Shown here in pieces: positions 14,304 through 25,752 of a stretch of 64,000 bases of DNA. Origin of the DNA: Isoptericola halotolerans (lineage in GTDB: Bacteria; Actinomycetota; Actinomycetes; Actinomycetales; Cellulomonadaceae). The DNA lies in the NCBI RefSeq assembly GCF_013149785.1, contig NZ_JABEZU010000003.1, positions 186,001-250,000 of the forward strand, in the 5' to 3' direction. Position 1 is the first letter of the stretch. Every line of letters begins with the position of its first letter. The notes beneath the pieces were generated by a model. It ran no database searches. It was not told the origin of the DNA and was given only the letters and a program-made list of their open reading frames with translations. The translations under genes were made by a program, and so were the position numbers.

Positions 14304-14967
14304 GATTTCCGCACCACGCGCCGGCGTGCCGGCACCCCATGACGCCCAGGACGACGTCGTGCGAGGACCGGCACGCCTGACCGTGCTGGCCGGGCCGACG
14401 GCTGTCGGCAAGGGCACGGTGTCGGCCGACATCCGTGCTCGGTACCCCCAGGTCTGGCTGTCGGTGTCGGCGACGACCCGGCCGCCGAGGCCCGGCGAGG
14501 TGCACGGAGTGCACTACCTCTTCGTGAGCCCGCAGGAGTTCGACCGCATGGTCTCCGACGGCGAGATGCTCGAGTGGGCCGTGGTCCACGGGCGGCACCG
14601 CTACGGGACCCCACGAGGACCGGTGGTCGAGCACCTGTCCGGGGGGCGACCGACGCTGCTGGAGATCGACCTGCAGGGCGCGCGCCAGGTGCGCGACGCC
14701 GTGCGGTCGGCTGGTCTCGACGCCCAGTTCGTCTTCCTCGCGCCGCCCAGCCGCGAGGAGCTGGTGCGGCGCCTGGTGGGTCGCGGCACCGAGGACGCCG
14801 CGGAACGCGAACGCCGGCTGGCGACGGCCGAGGTCGAGATGGCTGCCGAGCCGGAGTTCGACGTCACGATCGTCAACGACGACGTCACACGGGCCACGGA
14901 CGAGCTGGCACACCTGCTGGGAGCTCGGGCCGAGGGCGCGGCCCCGGCGGCCTCGCAACCGGCTTGA
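14296..14967 (+). CDS. gmk: Guanylate kinase (start uncertain)
   Basis: [34 protein letters not shown]. Confidence 0.96.
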   Translation: MAEISAPRAGVPAPHDAQDDVVRGPARLTVLAGPTAVGKGTVSADIRARYPQVWLSVSATTRPPRPGEVHGVHYLFVSPQEFDRMVSDGEMLEWAVVHGRHRYGTPRGPVVEHLSGGRPTLLEIDLQGARQVRDAVRSAGLDAQFVFLAPPSREELVRRLVGRGTEDAAERERRLATAEVEMAAEPEFDVTIVNDDVTRATDELAHLLGARAEGAAPAASQPA

Positions 14968-15076
14968 TCCCGGCGGGTAGACTTGTCAGCAGGCTTCTGT
15001 CCTGCCCTTCCCCTTCTGGAATCACCCCTCCGGTGGCCGCCGCCACCGGCCCGTTCGTCTGCTTGGAGTGACACTC

Positions 15077-15424
15077 ATGGCCGGAACCGTTCCCGAGCCG
15101 ATCGGCATCACCGACCCGCCGATCGACGACCTGCTCACGCACAGCGAGTCGAAGTACGGCCTCGTGCTGTACGCCTCGAAGCGTGCGCGCCAGATCAACG
15201 CCTACTACGCGCAGCTCAACGAGGGCCTGCTGGAGAACGTCGGTCCCCTGGTCGACACCCGCGTGCAGGAGAAGCCGTTGTCGATCGCCATGCGAGAGAT
15301 CAACGAGGGTCTGCTGACGTCGGAGCCTGCCGAGCCCGCTCCGGAGGAGCCGGCGACGGCTCCGCTCGCGCAGGGTGTCGAGGTCGTCGAGTCGGAGCAC
15401 GCCGCCGGCGACGAGATCGTCTGA
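15077..15424 (+). CDS. rpoZ: RNA polymerase omega subunit
   Basis: [27 protein letters not shown]...[11 protein letters not shown]. Confidence 0.97.
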   Translation: MAGTVPEPIGITDPPIDDLLTHSESKYGLVLYASKRARQINAYYAQLNEGLLENVGPLVDTRVQEKPLSIAMREINEGLLTSEPAEPAPEEPATAPLAQGVEVVESEHAAGDEIV

Positions 15425-15440
15425 GGCTGCGCCGCGAGCC

Positions 15441-16679
15441 ATGAGGATCCTGCTGGGGGTCAGCGGCGGAATCGCCGCCTACAAGTCGGTCCTGCTGCTG
15501 CGGCTGCTGCGTGAGCAGGGCCATGCCGTCCGGGTGATCCCGACGGCGGCTGCGCTCCGTTTCGTCGGCGCCCCGACCTTCGAGGCGCTCTCGGGTGAGC
15601 CGGTGAGCACCGAGGTGTTCGACGACGTCCCCGGCGTCCAGCACGTGGCCCTCGGGCACGGTGCGGACCTGGTGGTCGTGGCGCCGGCGACCGCCGATCT
15701 CCTGGCGCGCGCCGCGGCGGGCCGCGCGGACGACCTGCTGACCTCCACGTTGCTCACCGTGCGCTGCCCGGTGGTGATGGCGCCGGCGATGCACACCGAG
15801 ATGTGGGCGCACCCGGCGACCCGGGCGAACGTGGCGACCCTGCGCGAGCGGGGGGTGCACGTGCTGGAGCCGGCCAGCGGGCGCCTCACGGGCGCGGACA
15901 CGGGTCCGGGGCGATTGCCGGAGCCCGAGGAGATCGCACGCTTCGCCCTGGCCGCGGTCGAGGATCGGCACACGGCGGGTGTCGCGTCGCAGGACCTGGC
16001 CGGCCGCCGTGTGGTGATCTCTGCGGGTGGGACGCGCGAGGCGATCGACCCGGTGCGCTTCATCGGCAACCGGTCCAGCGGCCGTCAGGGGGTGGCGCTG
16101 GCCGAGGCGGCCTGCGCCCGTGGTGCCGAGGTGACACTGGTGGCGGCGAACCTGCCGGAGTCCCTCACCCACCCTCTGACCGCGGCCGGCGCGACGGTCG
16201 TGGGTGTGTCGTCGACGGCCGAGCTGCGCCAGGCGGTGCGCGGTGCCGCACCGGGTGCCGACGTCGTGGTCATGGCGGCGGCGGTGGCGGACTTCCGGCC
16301 GGCACGCACCCCGACGGCCAAGATCAAGAAGGTCGCCGGGGCGCCTCCCGCACCGATCGAGCTGGTGGAGAACCCCGACGTGCTCGCGGAGCTGGCGGCC
16401 GACCGCCTGCGTGCGGGGCAGGTCGTCGTCGGTTTCGCCGCCGAGACGGGTGACGACGCCGGCTCGGTGCTGGAGCACGGGCGGGCGAAGGCCCTGCGCA
16501 AGGGCGCGGACCTGCTGGCGGTCAACGCGGTGGGGGAGGGCCTGGGGTTCGGCGCGGAGATCAACGACGTCACCGTGCTCGACTCCCGTGGCGAGACGGT
16601 GACCTCCGTCGCCGGGTCGAAGCGCGAGGTGGCCGACGGCCTGTGGGACGCGATCGCGAAGTACTTGACCAGCATGTGA
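15441..16679 (+). CDS. coaBC: Bifunctional PPC decarboxylase / PPC synthetase
   Basis: GVSGGIAAYK, APAMHTEM, GGTREAIDPVRFIGNRSSG, VGFAAET. Confidence 0.97.
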   Translation: MRILLGVSGGIAAYKSVLLLRLLREQGHAVRVIPTAAALRFVGAPTFEALSGEPVSTEVFDDVPGVQHVALGHGADLVVVAPATADLLARAAAGRADDLLTSTLLTVRCPVVMAPAMHTEMWAHPATRANVATLRERGVHVLEPASGRLTGADTGPGRLPEPEEIARFALAAVEDRHTAGVASQDLAGRRVVISAGGTREAIDPVRFIGNRSSGRQGVALAEAACARGAEVTLVAANLPESLTHPLTAAGATVVGVSSTAELRQAVRGAAPGADVVVMAAAVADFRPARTPTAKIKKVAGAPPAPIELVENPDVLAELAADRLRAGQVVVGFAAETGDDAGSVLEHGRAKALRKGADLLAVNAVGEGLGFGAEINDVTVLDSRGETVTSVAGSKREVADGLWDAIAKYLTSM

Positions 16680-16753
16680 GACGATCTCGGATCGTGGGAT
16701 ATTTCGCCCTCGTCGTGCCGGGATCGGCGGGTCGGTGGACGTAGGCTGAGCGC

Positions 16754-17959
16754 ATGACCGATGCGCTGCGCCTCTTCACGTCCGAGTCCGTGACCGAGGG
16801 ACACCCGGACAAGGTGTGCGACCAGATCTCCGACGCGATCCTGGACGCCCTGATCGCCCAGGACCCCCGGTCGCGGGTGGCCGTGGAGACGATGGTGACC
16901 ACCGGGCTGGTGCACGTGGCCGGGGAGGTCACCACCGAGGCCTATGTCGAGATCCCGCAGATCGTGCGCGAGGTGGTGCGCGGGATCGGGTACACGTCCT
17001 CGGCCATCGGGTTCGACGGTGACTCCTGCGGGGTGTCGGTGTCCATCGGGCAGCAGTCGCCGGACATCGCGCAGGGCGTCGACACCGCCCTCGAGCGGCG
17101 CACCGACGCGGACGACGTGGACCCCCTCGACGCCCAGGGCGCCGGCGACCAGGGGCTGATGTTCGGGTACGCGACCGACGAGACCCCCTCCCTGATGCCG
17201 CTGCCGATCTTCCTGGCGCACCGGCTCTCGGAACGACTGGCCGAGGTCCGCAAGTCTGGTGAGGTCGCCGGTCTGCGCCCCGACGGCAAGACCCAGGTCA
17301 CCGTCGGGTACGACGGCGATCGCCCGGTCAGCCTCGACACCGTGGTGCTGTCGACCCAGCACGACGCCGACATCGAGCAGGACAAGCTCTACCGTGAGGT
17401 CGCCGACCACGTGGTCGACCCGGTGGTGGACGCCGTCGCGGCGTCGGTGGGGCTGGAGATCGGGGACGTGCGCCTGATCGTCAACCCGACGGGCAAGTTC
17501 GTCGTGGGAGGTCCGCAGGGCGACGCCGGGCTGACCGGCCGGAAGATCATCGTGGACACCTACGGCGGGATGGCGCGCCACGGTGGTGGGGCGTTCTCCG
17601 GCAAGGACCCGTCCAAGGTGGACCGCTCGGCGGCGTACGCCATGCGGTGGGTCGCCAAGAACGTCGTGGCGGCCGGGCTGGCCCGGCGCTGCGAGGTGCA
17701 GGTGGCCTACGCGATCGGCAAGGCCCACCCCGTGGGGCTCTACATCGAGACGTTCGGCACCGAGACGGTCGCGCCGGCCCGGATCAGCGCCGCCATCCGG
17801 GAGGTCTTCGACCTGCGGCCGGCCGCGATCGTGCGCGACCTGGACCTGCTGCGCCCGGTCTACGGCCCGACCGCCGCGTACGGTCACTTCGGCCGAGAGC
17901 TGGAGGGGTTCACCTGGGAGCGCGCCGACCGCGTGGACGCCCTGCGCGCCGCGGTGTGA
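16754..17959 (+). CDS. metK: S-adenosylmethionine synthetase
   Basis: [28 protein letters not shown]. Confidence 0.99.
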   Translation: MTDALRLFTSESVTEGHPDKVCDQISDAILDALIAQDPRSRVAVETMVTTGLVHVAGEVTTEAYVEIPQIVREVVRGIGYTSSAIGFDGDSCGVSVSIGQQSPDIAQGVDTALERRTDADDVDPLDAQGAGDQGLMFGYATDETPSLMPLPIFLAHRLSERLAEVRKSGEVAGLRPDGKTQVTVGYDGDRPVSLDTVVLSTQHDADIEQDKLYREVADHVVDPVVDAVAASVGLEIGDVRLIVNPTGKFVVGGPQGDAGLTGRKIIVDTYGGMARHGGGAFSGKDPSKVDRSAAYAMRWVAKNVVAAGLARRCEVQVAYAIGKAHPVGLYIETFGTETVAPARISAAIREVFDLRPAAIVRDLDLLRPVYGPTAAYGHFGRELEGFTWERADRVDALRAAV

Positions 17960-17991
17960 GGTGAGTCGGTGACCCGTGGTTCCATGTCCTC

Positions 17992-20142
17992 GTGACGACC
18001 TCTGACGAGCCCGAGCAGCCCGCGCTGCTCGGGCTCGACGACGTCCCGGCCGCCCGGACGGGGCGCCGCCGGGCCCGCACGAAGGCACCTGCGGGGCCCG
18101 CCGACGTCGACCCGGTGGCGAGGGTGGTGCTCGACCTCGCACCGGCCCACCTGGACCGTGAGTTCGACTACCTCGTGCCCGCCCCGCTGGCCGACGACGC
18201 GCGGCCGGGGGTGCGGGTGCGCGCCCGCTTCGGTGCCCAGGAGGTCGGCGGGTTCCTCGTGGCCCGTGCCGCGACGTCGGACCACGACGGCCGGCTGGTC
18301 GCGCTGCGACGTGTCGTCTCGCCGGACCCGGTCCTGGCACCCGAGGTCCTGGAGCTCGCCCGGCGTGTCGCCGAGCGGTACGCGGGCACGCTCTCCGACG
18401 TGCTGCGGCTGGCGGTGCCGCCGCGGCACGCCCGCGTGGAGGCCGAGGTGCGTGACCTGCTGGCGGCCGAGGGGGTCGGCAGCGACGCGGGTGACACCAC
18501 CCTGTCCGCGCCGCCCGCACCCTCCGCACCCACGGGAGACGGCTGGACGGCCGTCTGGGCGCCGTACCGCGGCGGTGAGGCCTTCTGCCGCCGGGTCCTG
18601 GCCGGGCAGTCCCCGCGGGCCGTGTGGACGCCCCTGCCGGGCCTGGAGCGCCACGGTGACCGGCCGGCGCAGACCCCGCACTGGACCGCGGCCGTCGCGC
18701 AGGCCGTGCGGGCGGCACTGTCCGGGGGCCGCCGGGCGCTCGTGGTCGTCCCCGACGCGCGCGACGTCGAGCGGGTCTGCGCCGCGCTGGCCGTCGCCGG
18801 GGTGGCCGACGTGGTGCGCCTGCAGGCCACCGACGGTCCGGCGCCGCGCTACCGGGCGTTCCTGCACGCGCGGCACGGTCTGGCCTCGGTCGTGGTCGGC
18901 ACGCGTGCGGCGATGTTCGCCCCGGTCCCGCAGCTCGGTCTGGTCGTGCTGTGGGGCGACGGCGAGGAGACGCTGGGCGAGCCGCACGCCCCGTACCCGC
19001 ATGCCCGGGACGTGCTCGCGGTGCGCAGCGAGCTGCAGGGTGCTGCGTTCCTGCTCGGCTCGCCCGGCCGGACCGTGCAGGCGCAGGCCATGCTGGCGGC
19101 CGGCTGGGCGCAGGAGATCGCCACCCCGCGCGACGTGCTGCGTGCCCGCGCACCTCGGGTGCGCGCGTTGACGTCGGTGGAGCTGGCGCGCGAGGGCGCG
19201 GGGGCGGCGGCCCGGCTGCCGAGCGCGGCCTGGCGTACCGCCCGTGAGGCGCTGGCCGAGGGGCCGGTGCTCGTCCAGGTGCCCCGCACCGGATACCTGC
19301 CGGTCGTGGCGTGCGCCCGCTGCCGCACGGCCGCCCGGTGCGGCCACTGCCACGGACCGCTCGGCATGCGCGGGGCGACCGCGGCACCGCAGTGCACGTG
19401 GTGCGGCCGCCTGGCCGGTGCCTGGCGGTGCGCCGAGTGCGGCCACGACCGGGTGCGCGCCGTGCGGGTCGGCTCGGAGCGCACCGCCGAGGAGCTCGGC
19501 AGGGCCTTCCCCGGCGTGCCGGTGCGCGTGTCGGCCTCCTCCGCGCCGGGCGGCATCCTCGACCGGCTGGAGGCGACGCCCGCGATCGTGGTCGCCACAC
19601 CCGGTGCCGAACCGGTGCCCGACGACGGGTATGCGGCCGCGTTGCTGCTGGACGCCGCGGTGGCCACCGCCGGGACCGGGCTCGCCACCGCCACCGAGGC
19701 GGCGCACAGGTGGCTCGCCGCGGCCGGGCTCGTGCGCCCGGCGCCGCGAGGCCAGGTGCTGCTGGTGGGGGACGCGGCGCCGGCCCCGACCAGCGCCCTG
19801 GTGCGGTTCGACGCCCCGGGCCTGGCCGAGCGAGAGCTCGACGAGCGCCGCGAGCTCGATCTGCCGCCTGCGGTGCGGGTCGCCGCCGTCACCGGTGACC
19901 AGGCGGCCGTCGACGCCCTCGTGGGCCGTGTCGAGCTCGCCGACGGCGCGGCGGTGCTCGGGCCCGTCGACCTGCCCGACGACGGCGCGCGGCTCGAGGC
20001 CGCGGTGCGTGTGGTCGTGCGGGTTCCCCTGGCCCGGGGCGTCGACCTCGCCCGACAGCTACGCGCCTCCCTCGCGGTCCGGGCCGCCCGGCGTGAGGGG
20101 GGCGCCGTCCGTGTCCAGCTCGACCCTGCGGAGATGCTCTGA
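17992..20142 (+). CDS. priA: Primosomal protein N' (actinobacterial type with degenerate helicase motifs)
   Basis: HLDREFDY, VVGTRAAMFAP, four CxxC pairs, VGSERTAEELGRAFP. Confidence 0.93.
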   Translation: MTTSDEPEQPALLGLDDVPAARTGRRRARTKAPAGPADVDPVARVVLDLAPAHLDREFDYLVPAPLADDARPGVRVRARFGAQEVGGFLVARAATSDHDGRLVALRRVVSPDPVLAPEVLELARRVAERYAGTLSDVLRLAVPPRHARVEAEVRDLLAAEGVGSDAGDTTLSAPPAPSAPTGDGWTAVWAPYRGGEAFCRRVLAGQSPRAVWTPLPGLERHGDRPAQTPHWTAAVAQAVRAALSGGRRALVVVPDARDVERVCAALAVAGVADVVRLQATDGPAPRYRAFLHARHGLASVVVGTRAAMFAPVPQLGLVVLWGDGEETLGEPHAPYPHARDVLAVRSELQGAAFLLGSPGRTVQAQAMLAAGWAQEIATPRDVLRARAPRVRALTSVELAREGAGAAARLPSAAWRTAREALAEGPVLVQVPRTGYLPVVACARCRTAARCGHCHGPLGMRGATAAPQCTWCGRLAGAWRCAECGHDRVRAVRVGSERTAEELGRAFPGVPVRVSASSAPGGILDRLEATPAIVVATPGAEPVPDDGYAAALLLDAAVATAGTGLATATEAAHRWLAAAGLVRPAPRGQVLLVGDAAPAPTSALVRFDAPGLAERELDERRELDLPPAVRVAAVTGDQAAVDALVGRVELADGAAVLGPVDLPDDGARLEAAVRVVVRVPLARGVDLARQLRASLAVRAARREGGAVRVQLDPAEML

Positions 20143-20804
20143 TGACGAACCACCCGGCCCCCGGGCCTTCTTCCCGCGAGCGCGCCCAGCGTGACATCGA
20201 CGCCGTGATCTACGACTTCGGCAACGTCCTGGTCGGCTGGGACCCCTACGGAGCCTTCGACGGGCTGGACCGGGCCGGCGTCGACGCCTGGATGACGGAC
20301 GTCGACTTCGGGGCGTTCAACCTTGCCCAGGACGCCGGCCGCACGTGGGCCGAGGCCGTCGCCCATCTGGAGGCCCACCAGCCTCGTCTGGCCCCGATGG
20401 CCGCCCGGTACGCCCGGGAGTACGCCGGCACGCTGACCGGGCCGGTGGCGGGGTCGGCCGAGCTGGTCGCCGAGCTGGCCGCCGCCGGGGTGCGTCTGTA
20501 CGGCCTGACCAACTGGGCTGCCGACACCTTCCACCACGCCGCCCCGGCCGCGCCCGCCATCGACCTGCTGCGCGACGTCGTGGTCTCCGGACGGGTGGGA
20601 CTGGCCAAGCCCGACCCCGCGATCTTCCGCCTCGCGCTGGACCGGTTCGGCGTGGAGGCGGCCCGCACGGTGTTCGTCGACGACACGCTGCACAACGTCG
20701 AGGCCGCCCGCGCCGTCGGGCTGCACGCCGTGCACTTCACGGACACCGCCGCGCTGCGGGTGGCGCTGGCCGGTCTCGGTCTGCCCGTGACGACGCGGCC
20801 CTAG
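20142..20804 (+). CDS. HAD-superfamily hydrolase
   Basis: YDFGNVL motif I, LTN, KPDPAIF, FVDD. Confidence 0.9.
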   Translation: MTNHPAPGPSSRERAQRDIDAVIYDFGNVLVGWDPYGAFDGLDRAGVDAWMTDVDFGAFNLAQDAGRTWAEAVAHLEAHQPRLAPMAARYAREYAGTLTGPVAGSAELVAELAAAGVRLYGLTNWAADTFHHAAPAAPAIDLLRDVVVSGRVGLAKPDPAIFRLALDRFGVEAARTVFVDDTLHNVEAARAVGLHAVHFTDTAALRVALAGLGLPVTTRP

Positions 20805-20813
20805 ACTTGCACG

Positions 20814-21785
20814 GTGCGTCTGCTCTTCGCCGGAACCCCGGAACCTGCTGTCCCTGCGCTGCGTGCGCTGATCGACTCCTCCCACGAGGTCGTCGCCGTG
20901 CTGACGCGTGCCGACGCTCGCGCCGGGAGGGGGCGCCGCCTGGTGCCGAGCCCTGTGCGCGGCGCCGCTGAGGAGGCCGGGATCCCGGTGATCACGGACG
21001 CTCCCCGCGGCGATGAGTTCGTCGAGCGCCTGCGCGGCCTGGAGGTCGACGCCGCCCCCGTGGTCGCCTACGGGCACCTCCTGCGCCCCGACGTGCTGGC
21101 CGTGCCTCGCCACGGCTGGGTGAACCTGCACTTCTCGGTGCTGCCCGCCTGGCGCGGTGCCGCCCCCGTCCAGCACGCCGTCCTGGCGGGGGACGAGGTG
21201 ACCGGTGCGACCACGTTCCTGCTCGACGAGGGCATGGACACCGGGCCGGTCCTCGGTACCACCACCGAGACGATCCGGCCCCGCGACACCTCCGGCGACC
21301 TGCTCGGCCGCCTGGCGACCTCCGGAGCGCAGCTGCTCGTGGCCACCCTGGACGCCCTGGAGGCCGGTGAGCTCTCCCCGCAGACGCAGCCCGCCGACGG
21401 GGCCTCGCTCGCCCCCAAGATCACGCGCGAGGACGCACTGGTGCGCTGGGCGGACCCGGCGCTCGCGGTCGACCGGCGCATCAGGGCGGTCACCCCCGCC
21501 CCCGGGGCGTGGACCACCCTGCCCGTCGACGGCGGTCCCAGCGACGGCGCAGCGCCCGGCGTGCGCCTCAACCTCGGTCCGGTCACCCCACGGCCCGAGG
21601 TCACCGGCCTCGCGCCGGGACAGGTGCGCGCCACCAAGGCGGAGGTGCTCGTCGGCACCGGAACCTGCGCCGTCGCGCTCGGCCAGGTCCAGCCCGTCGG
21701 CAAGAAGGCCATGGCCGCCGCGGACTGGGCCCGTGGTGCCGGCCGTGCCGTCGTCGACGCCGGTGTCCTGGGAGGTGCGCGATGA
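20814..21785 (+). CDS. fmt: Methionyl-tRNA formyltransferase
   Basis: [31 protein letters not shown]. Confidence 0.97.
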   Translation: MRLLFAGTPEPAVPALRALIDSSHEVVAVLTRADARAGRGRRLVPSPVRGAAEEAGIPVITDAPRGDEFVERLRGLEVDAAPVVAYGHLLRPDVLAVPRHGWVNLHFSVLPAWRGAAPVQHAVLAGDEVTGATTFLLDEGMDTGPVLGTTTETIRPRDTSGDLLGRLATSGAQLLVATLDALEAGELSPQTQPADGASLAPKITREDALVRWADPALAVDRRIRAVTPAPGAWTTLPVDGGPSDGAAPGVRLNLGPVTPRPEVTGLAPGQVRATKAEVLVGTGTCAVALGQVQPVGKKAMAAADWARGAGRAVVDAGVLGGAR

Positions 21786-23308
21786 CCGACGACCGCCGTG
21801 ACGACCGTCGTGATGCTCGGGGACGCCAGCGTGGCGCCGCCCGCTCCCGCGGGCAGGGCCACCGCACCTCCCAGGCGCCCTCGCAGCGGCGCCGGGCCAC
21901 CGACCCGGCCCGCACCGCCGCCTACGACGTGCTGCGCGAGGTCGACGCCTCGGACGCCTACGCCAACCTGGTGCTGCCGCCGCTGCTGCGTGAGCGCGGC
22001 ATCGCCGGGCGCGACGCCGCCTTCGCCACCGAGCTCGCCTACGGCACCCTGCGCCTGCGCGGGCGCTACGACGCGATCCTGTCCCGCTGCGTCAGCAGAC
22101 CCCTGGACCAGCTCGACCCCGAGGTCCTCGACGTGCTGCGCCTCGGGGCCCACCAGCTCCTCGGCATGCGGGTGCCCGCCCATGCTGCGGTCTCCGAGAC
22201 CGTCGGGCTGTGCCGCGACCGGGTGGGGGCCGGTCCGGCCCAGATGGTCAACGCCGTCCTGCGGGCGGTGGGACGCACGAGCCTGTCCGACTGGCTCGAC
22301 CGGATCCGCGCGGAGGCCCCGGACGAGACCACGGCGCTCGCGCTCACCGGCTCGCACCCGGTGTGGATCACCCGCGCCCTGCGCGAGGCCCTGCACGGCA
22401 CCGGACGCTCCACCGACGAGCTCGCCGACCTGCTCGAGGCCGACAACACCGCCCCGCGCGTCACGCTCGTCGCGCGCCCCGGCCTCGTCGAGGCCGATGA
22501 GCTGACCGCCGGCGACCGGGAGGCCCGCCTGAGCCCGGGTCGGTGGGCGCCGACGGCCCACGTGCTTGCCTCCGGCACCGACCCTGCCGCCCTGCAGGCC
22601 GTGGGCGACGGACGCGCCGGCGTCCAGGACGAGGGCTCCCAGCTCGTCACCCTGGCCCTGGCCGCCGCACCGCTGGGAGGCCGCGACGAGCGCTGGCTGG
22701 ACCTGTGCGCCGGCCCGGGCGGCAAGGCGGCGCTCCTCGGCGCGCTCGCAGCCGGGCGGGGCGCGCGCCTCGTGGCCAACGAGGTCCAGCCGCACCGCAC
22801 CCGGCTCGTGCGCCAGGGGATGCGCGCCGTGCCCGACGACGCCGTGGAGGCGGTCCGGACCGGGGACGGGCGCGAGGTCGGTACCGAGGAGCCCGGTGCC
22901 TACGACCGCGTCCTCGTCGACGCCCCCTGCACCGGCCTGGGCGCGCTGCGCCGTCGTCCCGAGTCCCGATGGCGCCGCACGCCGGCCGACCTCGGCACGC
23001 TGACGGGTCTGCAGTCCGAGCTCCTCGGTTCTGCGCTGGACGCCGTGCGGCCCGGGGGAGTGGTGGCGTACGTGACCTGCTCGCCGCACCTCGCCGAGAC
23101 GCGCCTGGTGGTCGACGACGTGCTGCGCCGCCGCGAGGACGTCGAGCGCCTGGACGCGCGCGCCGTGGTGCGCGACGTGCTCGTCCCGGGCGCCGAGATC
23201 GACCTCGGGGCCGACGACGGCGGAGCGGGTGGCCTGGACGTCCAGCTCTGGCCGCACGTGCACGGCACCGACGCGATGCACCTGACGCTGCTGCGCCGGA
23301 CGGCCTGA
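21782..23308 (+). CDS. rsmB: 16S rRNA m5C967 methyltransferase (Sun/Fmu)
   Basis: NusB-like N-terminus, [27 protein letters not shown]. Confidence 0.95.
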   Translation: MTDDRRDDRRDARGRQRGAARSRGQGHRTSQAPSQRRRATDPARTAAYDVLREVDASDAYANLVLPPLLRERGIAGRDAAFATELAYGTLRLRGRYDAILSRCVSRPLDQLDPEVLDVLRLGAHQLLGMRVPAHAAVSETVGLCRDRVGAGPAQMVNAVLRAVGRTSLSDWLDRIRAEAPDETTALALTGSHPVWITRALREALHGTGRSTDELADLLEADNTAPRVTLVARPGLVEADELTAGDREARLSPGRWAPTAHVLASGTDPAALQAVGDGRAGVQDEGSQLVTLALAAAPLGGRDERWLDLCAGPGGKAALLGALAAGRGARLVANEVQPHRTRLVRQGMRAVPDDAVEAVRTGDGREVGTEEPGAYDRVLVDAPCTGLGALRRRPESRWRRTPADLGTLTGLQSELLGSALDAVRPGGVVAYVTCSPHLAETRLVVDDVLRRREDVERLDARAVVRDVLVPGAEIDLGADDGGAGGLDVQLWPHVHGTDAMHLTLLRRTA

Positions 23309-23422
23309 GCAGACCCTCGCCGCGACGACGCGGTCGTCGACCGGGTCTCCGCGGCGACGGACGAACCCTGCGACCGTGGCGGGGGCGATGGTGAGGGTCT
23401 GCTGCAACGGCTCACACACCCC

Positions 23423-23496
23423 GTCAGGTTTTCCTTGCCACCTCGGCCAGTGTCGGGATAACCTGACCACCCTGGACGTTGCCGCGAAAACCTGTC
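23423..23496 (+). promoter_or_regulatory. Three palindromic operators at a 29-bp period upstream of hipB
   Basis: GTCAGG-TTTT-CCTTGC (23423), GTCGGG-ATAA-CCTGAC (23452), GCCGCG-AAAA-CCTGTC (23481). Confidence 0.65.
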
Positions 23497-23513
23497 ACAG
23501 GAGAGGTGCTGTC

Positions 23514-23768
23514 ATGCCCGAGAGCGCACGCTGGACGCACGCACGCAGTTCTCGTGACATCGGCCGGTTCGTCCAGCAGGCCCGCCGACGTCGCGGCACC
23601 AGCCAGGCGGCGCTCGCGGATGAGCTTGGACTGACCCGGCAGTATGTGTCCGAGGTCGAGTCCGGCGCCGGGAATCTCTACATCACCCGGCTGTTCGAGA
23701 TGTTCGACGAGCTCGGCATCGACGTGCGCCTCGCCGAAAGGACCAGGGATGGCAGCGACGGAGATTGA
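23514..23768 (+). CDS. hipB: HipB-like XRE HTH antitoxin
   Basis: ARRRRGTSQAALADELGLTRQYVSEVESG; SD AGGAG; overlaps the hipA start. Confidence 0.85.
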   Translation: MPESARWTHARSSRDIGRFVQQARRRRGTSQAALADELGLTRQYVSEVESGAGNLYITRLFEMFDELGIDVRLAERTRDGSDGD

Positions 23769-25029
23769 CGCCTGGCTCTACGGCAGCCGGATCGCCCGCT
23801 TCACCTCTCGCCGGACGGCGAACAGTGTGCCTCGGGCCGATCTCGTCTGGGACCCGGGCGCGGCCGACCGCTGGGGCTACGGATCGCGGATCCTGTCCCA
23901 CCTGCTGCCGATCGAGCAGGACTCGCCACCCTCGCCCGCACGCGCCAGCGCCTGGCTCGACGGCCTCATGCCCGAGGGGCGTGTGCGCGACAACATGGCG
24001 ATGGAGGCGGGGGTCGATCCCGAGGACGCCGTCGGCTTCTTCGGCGCGTACGGCGGCGACACGGTCGGTGCGTTGGAGTTCGTGGCGGCGGACTTCAGCC
24101 CGCGGCGTCACCCGCAGGAGCCGGTCCTGCTCGACGACGACGGGGTCGGCGCACTGCTGCGCGAGACGCTGGCTCGCGCCGGTGGGCAGGGCCGCAGCCA
24201 GCACCTGACCAGCTCGCTGCCCGGCATGGAACCCAAGATCGGGCTCGTCCACGCCGACGGCACGTGGTCCCGGGCGTCGCCCGACCAGCCGACCACGCAC
24301 ATCCTCAAGGTCGCACGCGCCGCTGACTCGCCCACAGCCGACCTCGTCGACACCGAGGCGGCGGCGCTCGACCTCGCCCGGCGCATCGGCCTGACCACGA
24401 TCGACGCCCGCGTCGAGACGTTCGACGACATGCGGTGCATCGTGGTCTCCCGCTACGACCGCGTGCCCGATGCCGACGCGCCCGGCGGGCTGCGTCGCAT
24501 CCACCAGGAGGACGCCGCCCAGGCGCTCGGGATCAACACCCGCGACCCGGAGCGCAAGTTCCAGCACGGACGGGCGCTGCCCTCGTTGGCCCGGATCGCC
24601 CAGGTGCTGCGCGACGACGGGGCGCGGCCGGACCCGCTCCTGGCGCTGACCGCGCTGAACCTCGCCGTCGGGAACACCGACGCCCACGCGAAGAACATCT
24701 CGATGCTGCGTCGCCAGGACGGCACCGTGGCTCTCGCCCCCGCCTACGACGTCTCGATGCACCTGCACCACTCCCACGCCTCGCGCGTCTTCGCGATGGA
24801 CGTCGCCGGCGAGCGGGACATGGATGCGATCACGGGGGCGCACCTCGTCGCCGAGGGCGTCGCGTGGGGCCTGCCCCGCCGACGGGCGGCACGCGTCGTG
24901 ACGCGGACCCTCGACGACCTCAGGGCGGCGCTGGGCGAGATCGACCGGGACATGCACCCGGGTGTCCCGGTCGAGGCATGGCGCACGGTGGTCGACCGCA
25001 CGGACACGCTGCGCCGTGCGGTCGACTGA
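23749..25029 (+). CDS. hipA: HipA-family kinase toxin
   Basis: HipA N-domain WLDGLMPEG, SLPGMEPK, THILK, IHQED, GNTDAHAKN, LAPAYD. Confidence 0.93.
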   Translation: MAATEIDAWLYGSRIARFTSRRTANSVPRADLVWDPGAADRWGYGSRILSHLLPIEQDSPPSPARASAWLDGLMPEGRVRDNMAMEAGVDPEDAVGFFGAYGGDTVGALEFVAADFSPRRHPQEPVLLDDDGVGALLRETLARAGGQGRSQHLTSSLPGMEPKIGLVHADGTWSRASPDQPTTHILKVARAADSPTADLVDTEAAALDLARRIGLTTIDARVETFDDMRCIVVSRYDRVPDADAPGGLRRIHQEDAAQALGINTRDPERKFQHGRALPSLARIAQVLRDDGARPDPLLALTALNLAVGNTDAHAKNISMLRRQDGTVALAPAYDVSMHLHHSHASRVFAMDVAGERDMDAITGAHLVAEGVAWGLPRRRAARVVTRTLDDLRAALGEIDRDMHPGVPVEAWRTVVDRTDTLRRAVD

Positions 25030-25566
25030 TCAGTGCAGCGATCGCTGGAGCAGCATCGTGCTGACGCTCCGGCCGTGCTTGACTCCGACGTCGTGCAGGG
25101 TGCCGACCACCTCGAAGCCCAGGCGCCGGTGCAGCGGCAGCGACCCGGCGGCCGCGGGGTCGTCGGCGACGACGGCGATGAGCTGCCGCACGCCGGCCAG
25201 CGAGCAGGCGTCGATCAGCGCCGAGAGGAGCCGGGTGCCCGTCCCGCGACCCTGGGCGGCGGGGGAGAGGTAGATCGTCGTCTCGGCGGTGTGACGGTAG
25301 GCGGCCTTCGGGCGCCACGGGGCGGCGTAGGCGTACCCCACGACGGCGCCGTCGACCTCCGCGACGAGGAACGGCAGCCCGCGGCCGGCCAGGTCGTCGA
25401 GGCGGGCCTGCCAGATCTCCGCCCCGGGCGGTTCCTCGTCGAACGTCACGGCGGTGCCGAGCACGTACGGCTCGAGGACGGCGGCGACGGCGGGCAGGTC
25501 GTCCCGCCTCGCGGCGCGGACGACGGGCCGGGTGTCCGGGGAGGCAGGGCGTGCTGAGGTGTTCAC
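25030..25566 (-). CDS. GNAT N-acetyltransferase (phosphinothricin/MSO acetyltransferase-like)
   Basis: TAVTFDEEPP, GYAYAAPWRPKAAYRHTAE, QGRGTG, HRRLGF..VG...VGVKHG. Confidence 0.9.
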   Translation of the reverse strand: MNTSARPASPDTRPVVRAARRDDLPAVAAVLEPYVLGTAVTFDEEPPGAEIWQARLDDLAGRGLPFLVAEVDGAVVGYAYAAPWRPKAAYRHTAETTIYLSPAAQGRGTGTRLLSALIDACSLAGVRQLIAVVADDPAAAGSLPLHRRLGFEVVGTLHDVGVKHGRSVSTMLLQRSLH

Positions 25567-25677
25567 GGCGCGAGCGTAGTGCGCCGGTGACGGATGCAGA
25601 GGTTGATCGGCGCCGTGCGAGCGCCGCGACCCGGACTCGACCAGGATGGGACCCGACCAGGAGAGGTCCTGACCGGA

Positions 25678-25704
25678 TGTCGAGAACGCGGACCGGGCTG
25701 CGTC
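25678..25704 (+). promoter_or_regulatory. ECF42-type promoter
   Basis: TGTCGA-17 nt-CGTC upstream of the DGPF gene, matching the reported ECF42 consensus. Confidence 0.65.
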
Positions 25705-25752
25705 CCCGTGGTGAGAGCGGCTACGAGAGCCGTCCCGACGAAGGAGAGCGCG

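Noticed and set aside
16680..16753. SAM riboswitch before metK
   Set aside because: Gap is 74 nt and the -10 sits 6 nt from the ATG, implying a leaderless mRNA
17992..20142. priA as a pseudogene because it lacks a Walker A motif
   Set aside because: Helicase-motif degeneration is normal for actinobacterial PriA; the ORF is intact
23423..23496. Periodic repeats as a mini-CRISPR array
   Set aside because: Degenerate 16-bp palindromes with 13-bp gaps and no cas genes; operators explain them better
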